Positions 14,582 to 19,224 of a stretch of DNA of 19,224 nt are shown here, piece after piece. The notes beneath the pieces were generated by a model. It ran no database searches and was not told the DNA's origin. It saw nothing but the letters and a program-made list of their open reading frames with translations. How positions within the stretch are numbered: the first letter of the stretch is position 1; each line of letters starts with the position of its first letter. The translations under genes and the position numbers were made by a program. Source of the DNA: Halalkalibacterium halodurans (GTDB lineage Bacteria; Bacillota; Bacilli; Bacillales; Bacillaceae_D); contig NZ_SNUY01000068.1 in the NCBI RefSeq assembly GCF_004376175.1, forward strand, positions 1,865 through 21,088. Direction: 5' to 3'.

Positions 14582-16525
14582 TTGAGATGGGATGAATTTA
14601 TTGTAACGGGTGACCCGTTAATCCTTGCTGCGCAAATTTCTATCGGACTATCCGTGATTTTGACAGTGGTCGCCCTTACGTACTTCAAAAAATGGAAAGT
14701 GCTTTGGACAGACTGGATCACAACGGTTGACCATAAGAAAATCGGCATTATGTATATCGCGTGCGCCTTGTTAATGCTATTCCGTGGTGGTGTGGACGCC
14801 GTCATGATGCGCATGCAGTTGGCTGCTCCAAACATGACGTTTTTAAATAGCCAACATTACAATGAAATCTTTACGACCCATGGCACAATCATGATTATTT
14901 TCATGGCGATGCCGTTTTTGATCGGCTTAATGAACGTTGTCGTTCCATTGCAAATTGGGGCGCGCGACGTTGCTTTTCCGTTTTTGAACAATTTAAGTTT
15001 CTGGACGTTCTTTTTCGGAATGGCCCTTTTTAATATTTCCTTTATTATCGGGGGCTCCCCTGCTGCAGGTTGGACGTCCTACTTTCCGCTTGCCTCAAAC
15101 GACTTCAGTCCTGGGGTCGGACAGAACTTTTATGCGCTCGGACTGCAACTTTCCGGAATAGGAACTCTGGCAACAGGAATTAACTTTCTCGTCACGATCT
15201 TAAAAATGCGTACAAAAGGCATGACACTCATGAAAATGCCGATGTTTACATGGACGGTTCTCATTACATCGCTCATTATCGTCCTCGCATTCCCGGTATT
15301 AACGGTCGCTCTGGCGATGATGACGTTTGATCGGTTATTCGGCACAGCCTTCTTTACGTTACAAGGACAAGGACTTGATATGCTTTGGGCGAACCTGTTC
15401 TGGATTTGGGGTCACCCTGAAGTGTATATTGTCATCCTGCCGGCTTTCGGGATTTTCTCGGATATTATTTCGACCTTTGCCCGTAAGAAGCTGTTTGGCT
15501 ACAACGCGATGGTCGCTTCAATTGTTGTGATTTCCTTTTTAAGCTTCCTTGTATGGGTGCACCATTTCTTTACGATGGGGAATAGTGCAGCTGTGAACTC
15601 CTTTTTCTCAATCACAACGATGGCCATTTCGATCCCAACCGGCGTGAAAATATTTAACTGGATTTTCACGCTCCATAAAGGAAGGATTCGCTTTACCGTA
15701 CCGATGCTTTGGTCCATTGGGTTTATCCCGAACTTTGTCATTGGTGGGGTAACAGGGGTCATGCTCGCGATGGCCGCAGCTGATTACCAATATCACAACA
15801 CGTATTTTCTCGTGTCACATTTCCACTATGTACTCATAGCTGGAACCGTATTTGCCTGCTTTGCTGGTTTGATTTACTGGTATCCGAAAATGTTCGGGCA
15901 CCGTTTAAATGAAACGATAGGTAAATGGGTATTCTGGGTTTTCATGATCGGCTTTAACGTATGTTTCTTCCCGCAGTATTTCCTAGGACTTGATGGAATG
16001 CCGCGCCGGATTTACACGTATTTAGAGTCGGACAACTGGTTCTCGCTTAATGCAATTTCGACGGCAGGTGCCTTTATGATGGCCATCGGATTTGCCCTAT
16101 TTGTCTACAACATTTATTACAGCTGGCGTTATGAAAAGCGAGAAACGACGGGAGACCCTTGGGACGGTCGTTCGCTTGAATGGGCAACATCGTCTGCAGT
16201 ACCACCATTTTATAACTTTGCAAAGTTACCGGAAGTCACTGATCGTGATGCCTTTTGGACGATGAAAGAGAAGGGCATTCGTCTACATGCCGATACGAAT
16301 TATGAGAAAGTCCATATGCCAAGCAACACATGGCTTGGGTTTGTGATGAGCTTTATAATGTTTATTGCTAGCTTTGCCCTCGTCTTTAGCTGGTTTCCAC
16401 TAGCGATCATTAGTGGCATCGGGATCTTTATTTGCATGATCATTCGTTCGTTTGATTACGATGAGGGGTATTACGTAAGCGCAAAAGAAATTCAAGAAAT
16501 CGAAAGCAAAGCGAAGGGGGCGTAG
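14582..16525 (+). CDS. qoxB: Cytochrome aa3 quinol oxidase subunit I
   Basis: 647 aa, heme-copper oxidase subunit [46 protein letters not shown] and [13 protein letters not shown] are near-identical to my recollection of B. subtilis QoxB. Confidence 0.96.
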   Translation: MRWDEFIVTGDPLILAAQISIGLSVILTVVALTYFKKWKVLWTDWITTVDHKKIGIMYIACALLMLFRGGVDAVMMRMQLAAPNMTFLNSQHYNEIFTTHGTIMIIFMAMPFLIGLMNVVVPLQIGARDVAFPFLNNLSFWTFFFGMALFNISFIIGGSPAAGWTSYFPLASNDFSPGVGQNFYALGLQLSGIGTLATGINFLVTILKMRTKGMTLMKMPMFTWTVLITSLIIVLAFPVLTVALAMMTFDRLFGTAFFTLQGQGLDMLWANLFWIWGHPEVYIVILPAFGIFSDIISTFARKKLFGYNAMVASIVVISFLSFLVWVHHFFTMGNSAAVNSFFSITTMAISIPTGVKIFNWIFTLHKGRIRFTVPMLWSIGFIPNFVIGGVTGVMLAMAAADYQYHNTYFLVSHFHYVLIAGTVFACFAGLIYWYPKMFGHRLNETIGKWVFWVFMIGFNVCFFPQYFLGLDGMPRRIYTYLESDNWFSLNAISTAGAFMMAIGFALFVYNIYYSWRYEKRETTGDPWDGRSLEWATSSAVPPFYNFAKLPEVTDRDAFWTMKEKGIRLHADTNYEKVHMPSNTWLGFVMSFIMFIASFALVFSWFPLAIISGIGIFICMIIRSFDYDEGYYVSAKEIQEIESKAKGA

Positions 16526-16528
16526 CGA

Positions 16529-17143
16529 GTGGCGGCACATGAAACGATAAATCCGAATCAACCTCTTGAATATCAATCAGCTGAAGGCCGCAACAATATT
16601 TTAGGCTTCTGGATCTTTCTCGGTGCTGAATTCGCTTTGTTTGCAACATTGTTTGCTTCTTATTTCGTCCTTGTGGATCGCAATGCTGATGCTGTCCGAG
16701 CAGCAGACTTGTTTGATTTGAACCTTGTGCTCATCATGACATTTTTGCTGTTAACAAGTTCGTTCACATGCGGGCTCGCGATTCACGAGATGAGAGCCGG
16801 GCGAATGAACCGGATGTTCGTCTGGATTGGCTGGACTCTCCTTTTAGGTCTTGGCTTCGTCGGCTTTGAGATCTACGAATTTGTCCATTATGCCCATGAA
16901 GGAGCAACACTATCAGCAAGTGCCCATTGGTCTGCGTTTTTCCTTCTCCTCGGGACACACGGCTTGCACGTATCCATTGGAATTGGCTGGATTGTGCTTC
17001 TCGTCATCCAAATGAAAAAGCGCGGATTAACGCCACGAACAACATCGAAGTTTTTTATCGCAAGCCTTTATTGGCACTTTTTAGATGTCGTTTGGATTAT
17101 GATTTTCACAGGCGTATACTTGCTTGGAATGGAGTGGATGTAA
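16529..17143 (+). CDS. qoxC: Cytochrome aa3 quinol oxidase subunit III
   Basis: 204 aa. LEYQSAEGRNNILGFWIFLGAEFALFATLFA and SLYWHFLDVVWIMIFTGVYL. GTG start 8 nt after GAAGGGGG. Confidence 0.93.
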   Translation: MAAHETINPNQPLEYQSAEGRNNILGFWIFLGAEFALFATLFASYFVLVDRNADAVRAADLFDLNLVLIMTFLLLTSSFTCGLAIHEMRAGRMNRMFVWIGWTLLLGLGFVGFEIYEFVHYAHEGATLSASAHWSAFFLLLGTHGLHVSIGIGWIVLLVIQMKKRGLTPRTTSKFFIASLYWHFLDVVWIMIFTGVYLLGMEWM

Positions 17144-17545
17144 ATGGCGCATGAAAAAGAAACAACGGCCACTCACAGTCACAGCTTTCCTTGGATGCAC
17201 GTTGTTGGCTTTGCCCTTTCGATTATTTTTACGCTTTTGGCCGTATGGGTTATGAGTCAGACGCATTGGTCATGGAATGTTCGTGTGATCGTCATTTTCA
17301 TCTTTGCCTTCATCCAAATGACGGTCCAGCTTCATATGTTCATGCATATGGGGGAAGGGAAGTCAGGAACCGTACAGATCGGTCATACGTGGTTTGCCAT
17401 CGCCATTGCGGTTATTATTGTCGTTGGCTCTTATCTCGTATTAACGACAGGGCACCTTCATACCGATCATGAAAATCACTTGGATCATGGAGGTCATGAA
17501 AATCACATGAACCACGGGGAGCACGAAGATCACTCAGGACACTAA
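17144..17545 (+). CDS. qoxD: Cytochrome aa3 quinol oxidase subunit IV
   Basis: 133 aa. HSHSFPWMHVVGFALSIIFTLLAVW, three TM segments and a His-rich tail. The ATG directly abuts the qoxC stop. Confidence 0.88.
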   Translation: MAHEKETTATHSHSFPWMHVVGFALSIIFTLLAVWVMSQTHWSWNVRVIVIFIFAFIQMTVQLHMFMHMGEGKSGTVQIGHTWFAIAIAVIIVVGSYLVLTTGHLHTDHENHLDHGGHENHMNHGEHEDHSGH

Positions 17546-17550
17546 ACATG

Positions 17551-17584
17551 AAATGACCTCGGTATTAGCCGAGGTCATTTTTTC
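17551..17584. terminator. Bidirectional rho-independent terminator
   Basis: AAATGACCTCGG (17551-17562), loop TATTAG, CCGAGGTCATTT (17569-17580), followed by TTTT. It lies between convergent genes. Confidence 0.85.
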
Positions 17585-17592
17585 TATAAACC

Positions 17593-17874
17593 CTAGTCCA
17601 TTGATTCCGTGAATGTGCGAGATTTTGGACGAATGTGCGGATATGCATACAATACAAGAGCTGCAAAATGGGCAATAATAACGTTTACAAAAAAGGCGGT
17701 AAGAAAAACGGAGTGATGAAGGTCAAATAAAAACCCTTCAAACATGTGACTTAAAGCCAACAGCCACATGATAATAATAAACGGGATACTCGTTAACGCT
17801 ATTTTTCGATGTTCAAGCCACAAAAATAATGGTGTGGCGCTTGCAACTAGCATATAAGCAAAAAACAAATCCAT
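17593..17874 (-). CDS. Small integral membrane protein (about 93 aa, 3-4 TM), hypothetical
   Basis: ORF with AAAGGAG 9 nt upstream of the ATG at 17874. The ORF-track TTG at 17880 is too close to the RBS. I recognise no family. Confidence 0.55.
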   Translation of the reverse strand: MDLFFAYMLVASATPLFLWLEHRKIALTSIPFIIIMWLLALSHMFEGFLFDLHHSVFLTAFFVNVIIAHFAALVLYAYPHIRPKSRTFTESMD

Positions 17875-17911
17875 AGACAACTACTCCTTTCAGGCTTGAG
17901 CACACGAACAA

Positions 17912-17968
17912 ATTGTGTCTAGATTGTGTCTTTAGCTAACTGTATCTTATCACAAATTTGTCACAATT
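17912..17968. promoter_or_regulatory. Four-copy ATTGTG(T/A)C motif, two direct plus two inverted, each pair 11 bp apart (candidate operator)
   Basis: ATTGTGTCT at 17912-17920 and 17923-17931. Reverse-orientation copies ATCACAAAT at 17949-17957 and GTCACAATT at 17960-17968. The region lies just upstream of the 17874 (-) gene. Confidence 0.4.
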
Positions 17969-18249
17969 GGAAGCGTTTACTGAAAATGAGGCTGATGCTT
18001 ATCACTCATGAAGTCATAAAAAAGAAGGAGAGACACGTGAACTATCCCATACGAAAGTGTTGCTTGCTTCGATTTGTGTCCAAGACGTTTGTCATATTTT
18101 GAAAAAATACGTAAAATTCATAGGTTTATTGCCCAACGATAAATTTCTGTTTACACTTTAAGAATGCTGCACTTCTATAAAAAGAAGAAAGGATTAGAAA
18201 CAATCGCTTTATCCTCTAATGATTCTATTACATAAAGGAGAAGAGAACT

Positions 18250-19086
18250 TTGTTTCAATGGAAAAATCTTTTTAAAGGAATGGCGATGGGAATTAGCGAT
18301 CTTGTTCCCGGAGTCAGTGGCGGAACGATTGCATTAATTCTCGGAATTTATCAATCTCTAATCACCGCCATTAATGGTTTAACAACAAAACAATGGAAAA
18401 AGCATGTCATGTTTTTAATTCCACTTGTGATTGGAATCGGTTTAGCCCTGCTGACTGTTAGCCATATTATTAGTTGGTTGCTGAACGAATACCCTCAGCC
18501 GACGTTATTCTTTTTTATCGGCTTAATCATTGGAATCGTGCCGACCTTGTTAAAGGACATTAACTTTATACAATCATTTACCCCTATTCATTATGGGGTG
18601 CTACTTCTCGGTGCGATCATTGTTGGTGCTACAACCCTTCTAAAGGACAGCTCGCCTACCACCATTATGGACCAGCTTGCTATAGGGGATTATATCCTGT
18701 TGTTTTTTGCCGGTTGGCTAGCGAGTACTGCGATGATTTTACCAGGGGTCAGCGGATCGTTCATTTTTTTACTCTTAGGGGTTTATCCAACAGTTATTCA
18801 AGCTCTATCTACCTTTAACTTAGCTGTTCTATTCACCGTTGGAATCGGAATTATTCTCGGACTTGGGATTACGAGCCGGCTTATTTCCTACCTGTTTGTA
18901 CAGTACAAAACAGCCACATACGCGCTTATGATTGGTTTTATCGCTGGGTCTGTCTTTGTCATCTATCCTGGGATGGCTGGGGACTTTTTTCTTATCTCAC
19001 TTAGCGTGATTGCTTTTGCTCTCGGCGGAGGAACAGCGTATATGCTGCATATATATAAGAATAAGCAAGCAGGGGCGAATGGATAG
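18250..19086 (+). CDS. DUF368-family membrane protein (family proposed as polyprenyl-phosphate transporter, PopT-like)
   Basis: 278 aa, polytopic. It has the duplicated signature GISDLVPGVSGGTIALILG and MILPGVSGSFIFLLLG typical of DUF368. TTG start 6 nt after AAAGGAGAAG. Confidence 0.8.
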   Translation: MFQWKNLFKGMAMGISDLVPGVSGGTIALILGIYQSLITAINGLTTKQWKKHVMFLIPLVIGIGLALLTVSHIISWLLNEYPQPTLFFFIGLIIGIVPTLLKDINFIQSFTPIHYGVLLLGAIIVGATTLLKDSSPTTIMDQLAIGDYILLFFAGWLASTAMILPGVSGSFIFLLLGVYPTVIQALSTFNLAVLFTVGIGIILGLGITSRLISYLFVQYKTATYALMIGFIAGSVFVIYPGMAGDFFLISLSVIAFALGGGTAYMLHIYKNKQAGANG

Positions 19087-19224
19087 GGTGAAGAATAAGG
19101 TAGTGTCAAAAGTTCTATGAAAAACTAGCACGGTTCATACTACCTACCATTTATTAGGTGGAAATGCCACGCTATCGCTCTTGACAAACACACCAATGGT
19201 TTATTCAGAGGTCAATCAAGGGCG

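Noticed and set aside
643-17472. Many 60-126-aa ORFs nested in or antisense to large genes
   Set aside because: Examples are 643-849, 883-1263, 1450-1764, 3291-3479, 4260-4445, 4975-5157, 5633-5888, 6146-6376, 6801-7118, 7782-7964, 8162-8359, 8520-8882, 8997-9407, 10072-10269, 12189-12383, 13528-13785, 14497-14835, 15130-15796, 16440-16958 and 16927-17472. All overlap genes with strong family signatures in another frame or strand, and none has its own RBS or recognisable motifs.
17460-17545. His/Asp/Glu-rich tail of QoxD (HLHTDHENHLDHGGHENHMNHGEHEDHSGH) as an unusual metal-binding extension
   Set aside because: As I recall, B. subtilis QoxD also ends in a His-rich acidic tail. This is probably a normal family feature rather than a novelty.

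Overview
This looks like a chromosomal window from an aerobic Bacillaceae-type Firmicute. The call rests on gene content (qoxABCD, hmp, a pgsB-like stub, a NERD protein), strong AGGAGG-type ribosome-binding sites and frequent TTG/GTG starts.

Intact genes:
- an AzgA/PbuG-PbuO-type purine permease
- flavohemoglobin hmp, divergent from a Cys-poor Crp/Fnr-family regulator with a perfect TGTGA-N6-TCACA box between them
- a large secreted multi-domain GH13 amylase
- the complete qoxABCD quinol oxidase operon
- a DUF368 membrane protein
- a few small membrane or hypothetical ORFs

The left two thirds (about 180-12800) is heavily rearranged:
- only a 3' remnant of a thiolase gene survives
- a 1.6-kb IS1380-like element with 14-bp inverted repeats and a 5-bp ATATA target duplication sits 24 nt upstream of a DUF1801/YdhG-like gene
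- that gene is cut into a 50-codon N-half (3919-4068) and a 72-codon C-half (11212-11427) by a 7,143-bp block with no transposon-type ends or recombinase
- the block carries a frameshifted NERD gene, hmp, the crp/fnr-like gene and the amylase, and ends inside a 42-codon pgsB-like stub
- the adjacent MFS transporter is 5'-truncated and frameshifted twice

The most unusual signal is three collinear, same-strand modules of about 125-140 bp: 5205-5326, 10326-10455 and 10464-10590. Each has five short conserved cores (ATTyTAGCAAA or TAATTCGAACAAAC) spaced every 20-21 bp, about two helical turns, then a related TGG(G)AAAC unit one further step on. The spacers are not conserved. Modules 1 and 2 exactly bracket the hmp-regulator-amylase block. 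I cannot assign the modules to any known repeat class.

I found no rRNA, tRNA, CRISPR array or recognisable defence operon.
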